A stretch of 64,000 nucleotides of DNA from Octopus sinensis (lineage: Eukaryota). The notes beneath the pieces are model-generated. The model was given only the letters and a program-made list of their open reading frames with translations, ran no database searches and was not told the DNA's origin. The position numbers were made by a program, and so were the translations under genes. The DNA is taken from NCBI RefSeq assembly GCF_006345805.1, contig NC_042998.1:100378001-100442000 (forward strand). Direction: 5' to 3'. Shown in pieces: positions 37,465 to 50,933 of this stretch (positions within the stretch are counted from its first letter, which is position 1; each line of letters opens with the position of its first letter).

Positions 37465-37673
37465 GACTTCCATATCCGACCAAAATATTCTACCTGTTTT
37501 ATGTTGAGATTGGCCAGATCTGGTTTCTCACATGAACCCTATAATATCATTTTAAAAATGAACAGTTACCTCATAAAAATTGCAAAGCTAGAAGACAATG
37601 CATGATTAATTAAAAACAATGTGACGAAATCAGCATTAGTTTTTATAGAATAATGTGAATGCTAAAGGGTTAA
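37465..37673. mobile_element. piggyBac-type MITE, family 2
   Basis: Ends gaatgctaaagggTTAA; the interior is homologous to 53084-53306. Confidence 0.75.
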
Positions 37674-38488
37674 ACAATACATAATGGTAATAACAGACCA
37701 AACTATTAAAAAGAAATTTTTTCTGCAGTGGCCCACACTACACTTTGTCCCATAAAATGTTAGCTCCACAATTCAGATGGTTTGGTGCTACATGTTTAAC
37801 CAATTTCAAGATGCTATTAGACATTTAGTAGTAGCCAAATTGTTATAGTGTTATGTCCAACATTACACTTCATGAAGAATAGTAAAATGATTCAGACGCC
37901 AATACAAATCAAGAGCTTCATGAAATTCTTCCCAAGAATTCCCAATGATGACATATTTCAAACAAAATCTTCTGAAATTAAAAACCAATATATTTTTACC
38001 AAAGCTGTTCAATATCAGTTTAGATCATAAATTTAATTACTTCTCGATTTTGATAATAAATGGCCTTAATTCCATTCATTAGCTAAATAATTTACACTAA
38101 ATATAATTTTTCACTTGAACTGAGTGTAATTTATAAAGCAATTAATGAAACAACAGCCTGGAAAGGTATCAAGAATGAAAATGTTACATCAATGGTATCA
38201 AATGAAATTGAAAACAGCAATTGTGAAGAATTATAAAAATGCTGTGAAGTGGTAATAGTAATTAAACCTAACAACTGCTACTTAATTCTAATAAGACTAT
38301 GGTAATGAATATATTTTTCAAGATATCATCTGAAAAATGTCTAGACATTTTTTTTCTTAAAAGTTGCATTTATCCTAATCCTGCTTCTTCATCTAAAAGC
38401 CATAAAGGTCCAGTGAACACACATTAATCTTCTACCCAGCCAAATAGTATTTTTCAGCTGGATGCCTTTCTTGTCACCAACACCTAGC

Positions 38489-38490
<2 letters not shown>

Positions 38491-38533
<43 letters not shown>
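38491..38533. repeat. (TC)n microsatellite
   Basis: About 21 TC units seen directly. Confidence 0.95.
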
Positions 38534-38534
<1 letters not shown>

Positions 38535-38802
38535 GTAAGGGTTGAGCTACAGGACAAATTATTTGCAGGAGATGTAAATATGGAATTGCCATTTTGCTCT
38601 GACAATGTCATGTGAAGATGTGCAGAATGTAAATATTCCTATGCATGCAAACACACACGCACGCGCGCATGCTCGCACAACAAACTTCAATACAGTTTCT
38701 GACTTTTGATGCCATTTACAAGGCATTGGTCAGTTGAAGATACTGTGGTTGTGGAGCAAACTCCACGTCCAGTCAGCCATATTTGTATCTAAAATGTTAA
38801 CC

Positions 38803-39030
38803 TTAACCTTTTTGATACCAACCCAGCTAAAACCGCCTCTGGTTCTGAGTTCAAATGTCTTGTTTTCATAAGATTTGAATTAAAATCTTCCACCAAACCT
38901 TAGCCACAATTTATGTTCCTAACACTAACTGAGTGATAACTAGGTTATTTTACTAAATTCTTTGTTATATTTAAAGTAATTGAAAGAAACACAGAGCATC
39001 TCAAAATAAATACAGTAACGAAAGGGTTAA
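38803..39030. mobile_element. piggyBac-type MITE, family 1
   Basis: TTAA-CCTTTTTG...GAAAGGG-TTAA. Confidence 0.85.
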
Positions 39031-40783
39031 TATTCTATTTTATATAAAATAATTGATATATAATAAATATATTACACTGTGTTTTTTTCTTAATAAAAGT
39101 GTGTGTTGGGGTTAATACGCCCCTCATTTTAATCTTGATTTTAGTGACGTTGCTTGAAATAGATCAGACAGTCTGGGTTTGTTACTTTTCAGCAGTAGAA
39201 CAGTAAGAAGGAAGATGGATTTTGCAAAGACAATGGAATTAAAAAAGCAAGATGAAAGAAAAGTCATTAACAAAATTTTTGAAGCTAAGTTTTTAGAAAC
39301 TTAAATGAGAATAACATCTGCATTTTTTACTTCACTGATATCTAGGAAAACCAAGAAGCTGTTTAGTGTTTTTCTTTTTTTCTCTTTTATTCAGTTTTTT
39401 TTCTTTCTATTTTTAGGTGAGGGATGATTGTTATTCGGCACATAATACAAAATCTGCACTTAACCGTGTAGCATCATTGTGTTATCACTAAATTATAATC
39501 AAACAAAGAAGAGGAGAGAGAGAAAGAACAACCCATCAAAAATAAACTTTATGAAGTTTTAGATAGAACTGAACATTCATATCCTTCTTGATAAAAAAAA
39601 AAAACCCCTTGCTTTCAGTTTTGGTTACTCATGCTTTTATTTACACAAGTTAGTTAGACTAGAAGTTTAGCCCATCGATAATCTGAGATTTCACTAGTGA
39701 TTGAGCAGATATGTGTACATATTCAGTTCCTGTCTGCTCTCATTCTTAACACCAAATATAGAAATTTTCTTCATTAATGTTAAACTTTAGCAGTACCTAT
39801 TGCCAATATTGACTTAGTTTTGATTATTTTTAATTCAGCTTATATCATGCATGTTAAAAAGATTTTGCTACAGACCCAAGGTTAATTTTATTGTGAGAAA
39901 TATTATCTGTCAATACACAATGTAGCAGCACATACAGATGATGATGATAATAATAATAATAACAATAATATAATAGAAATAAGCAAATTTTAAGATGTTC
40001 GTTTTCCATCTTAGGTACAACAGATAATTTAAACTTTGATACGACAGTTGCAGGAAATACCTGCTAAAAAATAGAGAACCTTAGGTTGTATTTGTTTACC
40101 TAAAAAAGGCTAAGTCTAGGGCCAAGGCCTGTAATTGCTGTTCACACCATATAGGAATAGAATAACTGAGGCAGAATAAACATTATGTGAAGAGTTGTTT
40201 AAACCCATGTCAGTACTAACTGAACAGGTTTATCATCATAGGGGTTCCAGGTGGATTCACCCAATTTTTTTTTTCCTTACTTTTTAATTTTTCTTACATA
40301 TAATATATCTTGCACTATATTGACTAATGTGTTCTTTCATTGAAAACTTTATGGTATAATTTTAAGGAGATTTAGTTGCTATTTTAGGCAGACTGAGTGA
40401 CCACATAGCAATAGCAGGTCCCTTGTTGGCATCTATGAAAAGTGTTTTGGTAGAAGTAAGTATCCATTAAGATCTAGTCATATCCAAATACTTAATATAT
40501 ATTAGTCTCGATATTAGCCAATCAGAATTGTTGAAGCATGGAATAAACTATCTGCATCGGTTGTTAACTGTCAGGACACTACATCCTTCAAAATTTCCAT
40601 GCTTCCTGAAATTTGCCAACAGTGCACCTGATGCCCCACTCCCACCTTTTCTTAACAACTCATTCACTATTCATTTCCTGTGCATTATTCTATGTACTGC
40701 TTGTACACTTTGGGCTACTTTTGATGAGTTGTAGTGTACCTGAGCACTATATACATTAAGTTGAATTTTTATTTCTCTTTTAG

Positions 40784-40931
40784 ATCAATGCTAAAATCTT
40801 GTGACATCTTCCATATGCAGAAGGCCAACCCCAACAATGTAATTAATCTAAGGACTATAGCAAAAATTTTAAACATATATAATATAAAACAAGTTGAATA
40901 TTTTGAAAGAATGAGAGCTGGCTGGAAATAT
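40784..40931 (+). CDS. Candidate 148-nt coding exon of unknown product
   Basis: Acceptor atttctcttttAG, donor TAT|GTATGA, open frame SMLKSCDIFHMQKANPNNVINLRTIAKILNIYNIKQVEYFERMRAGWKY. The acceptor may simply be the T-rich tail of an upstream repeat, and the opposite strand is also open. Confidence 0.25.
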
Positions 40932-42800
40932 GTATGAATTCTTAGGTGCTCAATCATTATAGTGAAATCTCAGTTTAAAATGTTTGATCTATATTGATGA
41001 ACTTGTGTAATAAACAGAATGAACAATCATAAACTGAAAACTAACTTGGATAATTTATATTAACTACAGGATATAATTATTGCAGTTAATGATGTCTAAG
41101 CTATTAGATACAAGGTAGCTGAAAGTATCTCAGGGAATCACAATACTTATTGGTAATAATGGACTTCTGCCATAATGCAAAAGTAGACAATAATAACAAT
41201 GTTAAGAAGTTGGGCAGTAAAGTCAGAGGAAATGCAGCAACTGAGGGGTTCTAAATTATATGTGTAAGATGTGAAGAAATGTTAACTTATAACAGAGATT
41301 GAATATCAAAGCATCTACCAATGTATTCTGCAGAGACATTTGCAATGTGATGGTTAATTAATGTTAAATGAAAATGTATCTTGAGACAAAGATAAAATAT
41401 TTCCATTCTAGAGGTAAGTATGGAAGAAGAAGAAGTAGCTAGTGAGGACCTTAGATGGTTCGGAAGTGTTTTACACAATACATTTGCTTGTGTTTTTGAG
41501 CATTTGTGTGTAAGTTTTCGTAATTCATAAAAGTTCACTACCATTCTGTTTATACAGTGCACAAACAAATATGACCCAATGTAATCTCCTAGAAAAAACA
41601 GCAGCTTCTCTTATATCCCATTATCTTAAAAAAAAAATGCCAGGGACATCTTGAATAATGTGATCAGAAATACAGAGTGTCTGAGAAGAAAATATGTGAT
41701 GAGATATTCAAAGCTACAATGCTTTTGATCATATGTCTAATCTGTTGTAAAATGGTAATTATTATCACAAATACAGATCGACATACTTTGAAAGTTGTTA
41801 CAAAAAAACATAGGATTTGGGGAGGGGATTGTATGTATATATATAATTTTCCACTCAAATTAAGCCCAGAGTTATTATTAACAAATACTCTTACAATTAA
41901 AATCTAATACTTAAGATTTCTAGGTCTGTTCTATTAACAGCTAATAAAATATTAAATTTCCGACTTTAAATTATTAGTCACAAACTTGGATAGAATGTGT
42001 TATGAAGTGTGAATCAAAAGTTTGCTTTTTGCATTTACTGTGAAAACTAAACTAACAGCCTGATGTACTAAATTATATGCCTGGTCTTTTCTTCTGCACC
42101 ACTGCCTCAGTCTGGAATTTCCTGCCTGAGTAAGTTTTTCTTTTACAGGAATTCAAAGAAAATATTAGCTGTACCAAAGTACCAAATTAACCCAATAATT
42201 TTAACTTGAATTTCCTCTCTTCTATGCTAAAGAGAATCATTATAGGCTATGGGCCCCACAGTTATTCTTTAGTCAAGTGGAAAAAAAAAACAATGAAGAA
42301 ACAAAAACAAAAAGAAAAGGCATTTTAACAATAACAAAAGTACAAGAAATATTTTGAAATGTTTCTTGTATTGTTGTTATATGAATGTGAGAAACATTAC
42401 AACTATCACATTATTCAAATGGTACACTAACCACAGATCATATAGTCAAGGATAGTCTCTGGTTTTCCTTTTAAGTGCTTTGTTAACTAAGCCAGAAAAT
42501 ATAACATACTTTAGGTTAGTGACCACTGAGCAGAGTGAACTGAAACAATACTATAACCATCCTGTTGCTTTCAGCTGAATGAAAGTGTTTTTGTCAGTTT
42601 AGCCTCAAGAGCATCAAGCCAACAACCAACTAAATTCAATTCCCAGCTAGGTGGTTAACAATAAGAAAAACACTCAATTATACTATAAAAACTACTTATC
42701 TCAGTGTTAAAGGTGTGTTCAAAATTCATTATATTTATAGTTCAAACAGTACCAAAACTACTTTTTGAAGTGATTAAGAAACTGCTAACAAGAAAGTCTA

Positions 42801-43170
42801 GTGTGTGGTAAGAAGCTTGCTTCTCAAACACATAGTTCCAGGTTCAGTACTACTGCATGGCACCTTGGGCAAGTGTCTTCTACTATAACCTCAGGCTAAC
42901 CAAAGTCTTGTGAGTGGATTTGGTAGGTGGAAACTAAAAACGCCTGTGTGTGTGTGTGTGTCTGTCTGTCTGCCCACCACCACTGCTTGACAACCAGTGT
43001 TGATATGTTTACATCCTCATAACTTAGAAGTTCAGCAAAAGAGACCAATAGAATAAGTACTAGGCTTAAAAAAAAAAGTCCTGGGGTTGATTTGTTTGAC
43101 TAAAACCCTGAAAGGCAGTGCCCCAGCATGGCCAGAGTCAATGACTAAAACAAGGAAAAGAATAAAAGAT
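42801..43170 (+). mobile_element. Group-B SINE, near full length
   Basis: gtgtggtaagaagcttgc...ggcaccttgggcaagtgtcttctactataacc...cagtgccccagcatggccagagtcaatgact. Confidence 0.88.
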
Positions 43171-44033
43171 ATATGCATTGACTTGTAAATCACATGCTAC
43201 TTTTTCAGAATTGTAAATGTCAAAACTTGAAAACCCATGTTTACATGGGGAAACTTTACAGAATGAAGGAGATTTTCGAAGAATATTTATCATTAAAAAT
43301 TTTTTTAATGTTTTCATTTTTCTCTTTTCCTGCTCTTATGTATTGAATGAATTTGCAAAATTTTATCTTTAGTCATTTCCTGGTGTGACCTCCTTTATCA
43401 CCGACACCACTTTTTGCCTTTTTTTCTATTTTTTTCTTTTTAGGTTACCTCAAACTACTTTCTTGGCCTACCCCTATATTTTTACTTTCATCCTCAGACA
43501 ATTAACTATATTCTTATCATCCATTGAGCTTTAACAAGTGCGTTGGTGGTTAAGTGAATTCACTTCCTTTAAGTTCAAACCCACATTTTCTTTTCTATTG
43601 ACAGAGTTTTGATGAACAAACTGCTCAAAAAAGCACTGAATACTCTTCTACAACAAAACTGACAAGCTCAAATATTTGTTAAATAACTTCATTTTGATTT
43701 CTTGCCAAAGAATTTACCATTACATATATGCCACAGAACCTCCCAAAACCAGACACCAATATTTAAAGATTGTCTAAGCCTAATTAGGTTACCTATGAAG
43801 AAAACCAAACAATACCAAAATAAGAGATCTCCACAAACTATGAATCCACAAATGCTTTCCACTTAAAAGAATGAAAGACAAGACCTAAGATATGAGAAAT
43901 TCACAATCGAGCATAATATATGTGTGTTCCCATCATCAATTGCCCAAATGGATATCAGTATGGTTTCGACAACTGGGCAGTGCCATTCAATCCAGCTATA
44001 CATATATAGCAATCACAGTGAAAGAGTGCTTAC

Positions 44034-44129
44034 CAGTTGTAAGATGGAAAAGTTTTAAAATAGTAATTTCGATAGTTATTCGTAGAATAGATTTTAAAAA
44101 AGCATTAAAATGTATCTGACTCAGTTTAA
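44034..44129 (-). CDS. Candidate 96-nt symmetric exon of unknown product
   Basis: Acceptor ttctctaatcttcttAG, donor CTG|GTAAGC, open phase 1-1 frame KLSQIHFNAFLKSILRITIEITILKLFHLTT. No recognisable homology. Confidence 0.25.
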
Positions 44130-44237
44130 CTAAGAAGATTAGAGAAGAAATTAATATAAATTTTATAATAATTCTACTTGCTACTCTGTTACTTGGCCTG
44201 TCCGTAACGCTTCCAAGTGATTAGGTGAAGGAGGAGT

Positions 44238-44274
44238 GGGGGGTTGGAACGGGTGGGGAAAGAGGAGGGGAGGG
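44238..44274 (+). other. Potential G-quadruplex
   Basis: Five G-tracts of at least three G: GGGGGG-N7-GGG-T-GGGG-N8-GGGG-A-GGG. Confidence 0.55.
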
Positions 44275-45499
44275 AGAGGTCGTGGTGAGTTAAATGTTTT
44301 TGTTTTTTTTTTTTGAGCTACGTTTTTTACCTCCATTACTTAACCCATCTGTAACTCTTTCATGTGATTAGTTGAAGGGAAAGGCAAAGAGCAAAAGAAA
44401 AAGGCAAGAGAAAATGCAGATAAAGCAAAGTGTGAGAGAGAAAGAGGGAGACCTTCAAAACTAAGTTTAACAGACAAGAATCTAATTTTTGTTGTAATGA
44501 CAAAACATTTTAAGCTAAAGATAAAGGTTTAGTTGAAATAAATTTTACAGATCAGGTTTATGAAGCAATATATTTAAAATATAGATTCATTGCTGATTTA
44601 ATTTTAGTCTCATACCAGAATAAGCAGATCTATGATCAAAGGTATGTTTCTTTTTTTTTTTCAGACATCATGTATTCAGATTTACATTACAAAATGTGGC
44701 TTTCTTTTAAGATACTAGAGCAAGATTAGAGAGAGATTTGGCTGCTATTTCTGACAGACTGGGTTTAACTTCATACAAGTTTCCTTGTTGATTGGTGCAC
44801 TAGACTTACAGTGTTGAACTCACTGTACAATGGCTCTGATTCTAATTTTCTCTCTCCCTCTCATCACTATGGGTCCATGACAAACATAAGATAATTAGCA
44901 GAAGTCGGGCTGCAAAAAGAACACTGTAATATGTTTTGCTGAGCATGATGGATTCCAACTAAAAAAACCAGAGTAGAACAGCAACGAACAAAATATTTAA
45001 TTTGTAACAAAATTATTAAAATCAAAAATTTCCAGTTACAATAATTTTAAATTTAATTGAATCCACAATTGTATAGAAGAATATATATTTCCTGCAAAAT
45101 TTTCTAGCAAATTTTTTCAAGTTAAACTTCATTGGTAAATATCATAATTATCAAGTAAAAGAGCAGAATCTCAAAAAGTGAAGAAAAAAAAAAAAAAGAA
45201 GTTGAACAATTTTCTACAGGAATTATAACTGAAACAATGTTTTTTTCTTTTTTGTTTTATTTCTAATGGCGTGAGGGAATGAAGAACAAAATACATAACC
45301 AAAAGAATTATCAGGAATCATAGAGGAAATAATCGAAGAAGTATTAAATGCAGGAGCTTTTCTTGTCATTAATAGAAATATTTTCCCCCCACACATACAC
45401 AAGCATACAGTTCAGTTTGCAACAATGTGATTCCAGGTTTGATCACACTAAATGACACCTTGGACAAGTATCTTCTGCTATGGCTTCAGGATCATGAAT

Positions 45500-45790
45500 A
45501 TCTCATCATCACCATCATTTAACGTCTGTTTTCTATGCTGGCATGGGTTGGATGGTCTGATAGGAGCTGGCAGGCCAGAAGACTGCAACAGGCTTCACTG
45601 TCTGTTTTGGCATGGGTTTTACAGCTGGATGCCCTTCCTAATGCCAACCATCTAGCAGAATGAGTTAAATGCCTTTTATGGCATACCAGCACTGGCAAGG
45701 TCTGTTTTGACATGGTTTTTTATGGCTGAATGCCTTTCCTAATGCCAGCCACTTTACAGAGTGGCCTGAGATAGAAACTGTGTGGAAGCT
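45500..45790 (-). mobile_element. Group-C RTE-tail SINE-like sequence (tandem fragments)
   Basis: catcatttaacgtctgttttctatgctggcatgggttgg...tttacagctggatgcccttcctaatgccaacc, repeated partially at 45710-45770. Confidence 0.8.
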
Positions 45791-46609
45791 CATGATGAGA
45801 GAGAGAGAGAGAAAGAGAGAGACTGAGTTTATGTTTACACCAGTATAAAAGCTGGTGTTGCATTCCTGAATGTTTTGCAACTTAGTGGTTTGATTAACAG
45901 AGATCAATAAAATAAGTAACAAGCTAAAATAAGTAAAGGTGTCAATACGATTAACTAAATCATTGAGGTGGTGCCCCAGTATGGCCTCAGTCCAACAGCT
46001 GAAAAGTATTTTGTGTGTGTATGTAGAAACACACACCACATGCATGTATTAACCATGTTAAATCTAAATTTAGTAGATTTATTGGCACCAACCCAACAAA
46101 GGCAATGGTAAATTCAGCTTATTCCAAATGTATTGAACCCTTACAACAATAGTTTCAACAAAACCCATTAACATCACACCCTTCAAAGTTAACAATTAAT
46201 CAGCTAATATAATCCATCTTTTCCTTTAAATAAATTGAACAGAGCCCTTAGATATTTGATACAAGATTAAAATCATGAGAAAACTTTCATTCAGGTGTAT
46301 CATGAATATATTCAGATTGGAAGTGAGTCCACAATTGAGTCCATAAAAGTAATAATGACATTGGGATTAGTTAAAGTTGTCTGGAAATAGAAAATCTTGA
46401 GTAGCTGGAGTAACTGTGGGCAAGTTAAAGTTATGGCTTGTTGCTGTTAAGCTACTCGGTGACTGAGCATAAGCTGATTTACTTCCAGCCTTTTCAGGGC
46501 TCGTGACGCAACTGTTGTTGAACTGCTTAAGTGGTACTTACTTTTGGTTGTCTCAAGTACAGTTCCATGTCTTTGTGCACATTTATATATACATACACAT
46601 AAAGGCTTA

Positions 46610-46900
46610 AGTCTTGGAATGAAACTGTAAAATTGATATCAGCACTTACTTTTCTAAAATCTGGTACTTACTCTATCAGTTTTCTGTCAAACTGCTAAGT
46701 TGTGGGAATGTTAAAAAATCAACACAAGTTGTCAAACAATGATGGGAAACAAAGACAATACACACACACACAAGGCTTCTTTCAGTTTCTCTCTACCAAA
46801 TCAGCTTACAAGACTTTGATTGGCCCAATACTATAGAAGACACTTGCCAAAGGGTGTTGCATAGTGGAAGTGGACCCAATGCCATGTGGTTAGGAGCAAG
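46610..46900 (-). mobile_element. Group-B SINE, decayed
   Basis: ggtacttactctatcag...ctgctaagttgtggg...ggcttctttcagtttctctctaccaaatc...agaagacacttgccaa. Confidence 0.75.
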
Positions 46901-47891
46901 CTTCTTATAAACTAGAAGTTAAAAGCTACAGCTAAAACAGCTGACTCCCAAAACTCTATATTTTATTTGTGGTACAATTAAATACACAAAAATTTGCTAA
47001 AAGTTCATAATCTGACTTCAGTCAGTATCTTCCACTGAGTGAACCAAATGTTTCTCATCTCCAAGAAACTGCCTCTTGTTCTGCTCTCTAAATGCCAATT
47101 ATTGAGACATATACACACTAAGGCAAATACACAAGCACAAAGAAGAGTACCAATTTAGACATATCAAGATACATACAGACCCACATACATACAGATTGAT
47201 TGTATTTATATGTTGAAACCATCAATGTCTTTTTTCTTCTAATCAGTGTGTTTGAAATACACAATTAGCCTTGTTTCCTAAATGAAACATTAAATAAATA
47301 AATAAATATATAAATAAATAAATATGAAATATGATGTGTGTGTGCGTATATATATTCACACACACACACACACACACACATGTACACAAATATAACAAGA
47401 AAAATGAGAGTAAATAAAACACATTTTACCACTAATCTTTCATAGCATTCTTTCATCACTTGTTCCATTTAGTTAATATCATATCATTAGACCGATTAAA
47501 TCTAGCTAGTTAGAGTTTTTATTTGAAGTGTGTGTGTGTGTGTTTGTGTGTGCGCGCACCTGCATGCTTTTGTGTGTTAATATGTTTATCTTGTATTTTT
47601 TTTTTTGGTTTTATTTTATGTGAATTTTTTTCCTTCTATTCTCCAGATAATAGGTGCAAGCATAATCATTCATTTTAAGAAGTTCAATCCACAATCAAGT
47701 TCAAAGTTGACCTTGCTGTACAGCACCTTGGATAAAGTTTATTTATTTATTTATTTATTTTTACACCATAGCACTGTGTTGACAAAAGCCTTGTGAGGGA
47801 AATTTGGTAGACAAAACTGCATGGCAATCTCCTGGATGTATCTCATTTAATATTTAATATTTTCATAATAAAGCAGAGCACTTTATAATTC

Positions 47892-48287
47892 AATAGCAGT
47901 ATAGCCCAGCGTTGCTCAGGCTTGTTTTCTTTTCGACCCTTTAGAATTGAAATTTTTTAAAAGGAAAAACTTTGCATTATGTAGCTTGTTATTCTCTTTA
48001 AGTGAAAAATTTTCTGGTTGAAATACACCGAAAATGGCGACACAGCAGTAAAAAAATCGTAAAAAATAAGGATTTTAATGGGAAAAAAAGCACCTTTTTT
48101 ATGTAAATAATTTTTGGTGTTAACATGGTCCGATTTGAATTTTTTCTTCTACGGAAGGAAGAGCAAGCCTTCTTCTATCATACTCTCAATTTTGGTCAAC
48201 TTGCACCACAGGGTCTCGGAGGAGATAGTGTTAGTTGAAGGCTACCAAACCTGCCATGCACAGACAACTTCAGCTTTATATATAGAG
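47892..48287 (+). mobile_element. Non-autonomous Helitron/Helentron-like element (Lep1/HINE-type architecture)
   Basis: The 5' end a(c)tagcagtatagcccagcgttgctcagg has a decayed hairpin and the 3' end reads cacagacaacttcagctttatatataga. It has no TIR/TSD pair and more CpG than its flanks. The architecture is recognised from memory. Confidence 0.55.
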
Positions 48288-48794
48288 AAATTTATATTTA
48301 TCTATTCACTAAGTGATGCAAATAATCATATATTAGTTTTCTTTATGCTGCTTATTTTGTTCTTTCATTACATTATGTTTCCTTTGTGAAAAACACATAA
48401 CAATGTATTAGATATGTATGAGATTAAAACCTCTCATGCTCCACTGATAATTGTGTATGTAACATATGAAATTTTGAGATCTCAAAATCTGAAGTGTCAT
48501 ATAATTAATTATTTAGATATTCAAATATACAGATTAGGTTGTTTTCAGTGTACTACAAGGTCTAACTCTACACTTACATTTTTTATTATAATGACAGTGT
48601 GCACTAGGTTCAGATACTCAAATATTTGCCAAAATTTTTAACAGAATAACCAAAGTGAAAGCCCCAAGAGAAATTTGGAGATGAACCTACTATTCAGTTC
48701 ACCAGTAGATGTTCAGCATAGAAACACAGACACAAAAAGACATGGAGAATTACAAACATCAGTTTATGTGTGTGTATAAAATATATGTATATAT

Positions 48795-48950
48795 GGTGCT
48801 GGTACCATGTGAAAAGCACCCAGTACACTTTGTTAAGTGGTGTTAAGAAGGGCATCCAACAATAGAAAACAAGTCAAAACAGACTATGGAACTTGGTGCA
48901 GTCCCATCCATGCCAGCATGGAAAATGGACATTAAATGATGATGATAATG
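48795..48950 (+). mobile_element. Group-C RTE-tail SINE-like element
   Basis: gtaccatgtgaaaagcacccagtacact...aagggcatccaac...gccagcatggaaaatggacattaaatgatgatgat. Confidence 0.75.
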
Positions 48951-50155
48951 ACATAGGATCGCTACAGCAACTCTTGAACAACACTTTCATCATTCTCAAA
49001 TTATGTACAACAACTTAAAAAAAGAAAAAAAAAAGAGTAAAAAAAGCCAAAGATCTGCAGATAATTAACATTATACATATAAGGTCACAAATTTTGATGA
49101 GGGAATGTAACAGCATTTAACTGATTCTTACTTTATTAACATCCAGAAGGATAAAAGGCAAAGTCAACCGTGTTAAAATTTTAACTCAGAAGGTGCAGAC
49201 ACACAAATACATATAAGAGGGTGTATTTAAGTTCGCCAGTAAGTGATGCAGACATCCACATCTCTATGCTGCATAAGATCTAAGAAAATTATAATGGAGA
49301 TTATTTTTAAATTCTCCCAAATAACCTAGGATAAAGAGTGTAAGCTGGAGGGGCAACAATATCACAAGATAAAATATTACATGCTATACAAAATGAACTA
49401 AGAAAATTATAACCAAAATGAAATAGTATAAAATCCTCAGAACAAGTAAATTTATGAGCTAGCAATCAAAAGGTTTCAGTCTGTTAAGTTTTGGACTATA
49501 AAAACCTGTTATTGAATGTAAAATGAAAACATTACATGAAAGATAGAAAGAAAGAAGAGTGTTTCCTTTTTTTTTTATCTCTTCATTGCATATCTGTTGC
49601 TTTCAAGTTTGTCTGCAAAATATAGTTTGAATAATTCTTTTTTATGAAACTTTAACCTTTTCATTTCAGTATATTCGCACTATATGTCTTTGAAATGTTA
49701 AACAAAAAAACAAAGAAAAACAAAAAAAAAAAACTCTTTATGTTTTCAAATGGACTACACCCAAATTGAGTCATGTAAAATGATAGTTCCCTTCACAAGA
49801 TAAGGGTGACAAAAATATAGAGGCCTGACAACTTCAACAAGTCCTACCAACATATGAGCAAGAAACACATTTGACTCCTTTCGATTAAATAAGTACCAGT
49901 TACACACTGGGGTCGATGTAATCAACTTAATCCCTTTGTCTGTCCTTGTTTGTCCCCTCTGTGTATAGCCCCTTGTGGGCAGTAAAGAAAAGAAATGAAT
50001 AATGCTTAGCCCTGAGCCCTGAGATTTCATATGAAGGCTAAAAATGTTAAAGTCTTAGGGATAATGAGTTCAATGTTATGGCTGCTACACTTCTATCTAA
50101 TTAATCTGGTGACAGACCCAGTTGGTTGCATCCATTTAATATATGCAGTATTTAG

Positions 50156-50372
50156 GGTGGCGAGCTGGCAGAATCATTAGCACTTCGGGTAGAATGCTTA
50201 CCAACATTTCATCTGTCTTTATGTTCTGAGTTCAAATTCCACCACGGTCGATTTTGCCTTTATCCTTTCAGGGTCAATAAAATAAGTACCAGTTGAACAC
50301 TGGGGGTCAATGTAATTGATTTAATCCCTCCCCCAAAATTGCTGGCCTTGAGCCAAAATTTGAAACCAATAT
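50156..50372 (+). mobile_element. Group-A SINE, full length
   Basis: ggtggcgagctggcagaatcattagc...gagttcaaattccaccacggtcgattttgcctttatcctttcagggtcaataaaataagtaccag...ccaaaatttgaaacc. Confidence 0.88.
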
Positions 50373-50883
50373 ATGTAGCAGTATAACCTTTAATTCCAAA
50401 ATTAAATTCAATGGTTATTCCAATAATAATTTTATCTGCCAAGGAAATAGAACTGGTATTTTCAGGAAATCATGTTGCCCTAATAAACTTGAAATATCTC
50501 AATAAAAGATAGTTTCAAACATGACATCCCTCAACAAAAGACAGATTGGTATATAAAACTGCTTTCTGCAGTTAAGGATAATGAAATTTTGATTGGATAT
50601 ATCTGGTTTCTGCAGTAAAAATGTTAAATCAGTTTACACAACATCAGGGAGACAAGAACTGTAACATTTGTGTAGTGCTCCTCTTATGAGAAAAATTACT
50701 TTTCACAGTAAAATTTCTTCATATTTCCTTCCCATCTCTGGAAAAGAACCCAGGCAAAATGTTAGAATTTACCTCCTATTACACCTATACAAACTTATTA
50801 ATAGTTGCAAATTTTATTAATTGATTTTATACAATGCAGAGTACCCATAGTTTTCTCAGAATTATATTTTTTTTTTACCGCAG

Positions 50884-50933
50884 CATCTAACTTCAAGATT
50901 GAGAAAAAACCAATTTTAAAAGAAAATGTGTGA
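50884..50933 (+). CDS. Candidate terminal coding exon (SNFKIEKKPILKENV*)
   Basis: Very strong acceptor ttttttttttaccgcAG followed by a short open frame, a stop and unique AT-rich UTR-like sequence. No upstream partner exon was identified. Confidence 0.25.

Noticed and set aside
41412-41510. Plus-strand exon MEEEEVASEDLRWFGSVLHNTFACVFEHLC
   Set aside because: It overlaps a competing GTAAGT donor and a strong minus-strand acceptor, cannot be joined in frame to 40784-40931, and has no recognisable homology.
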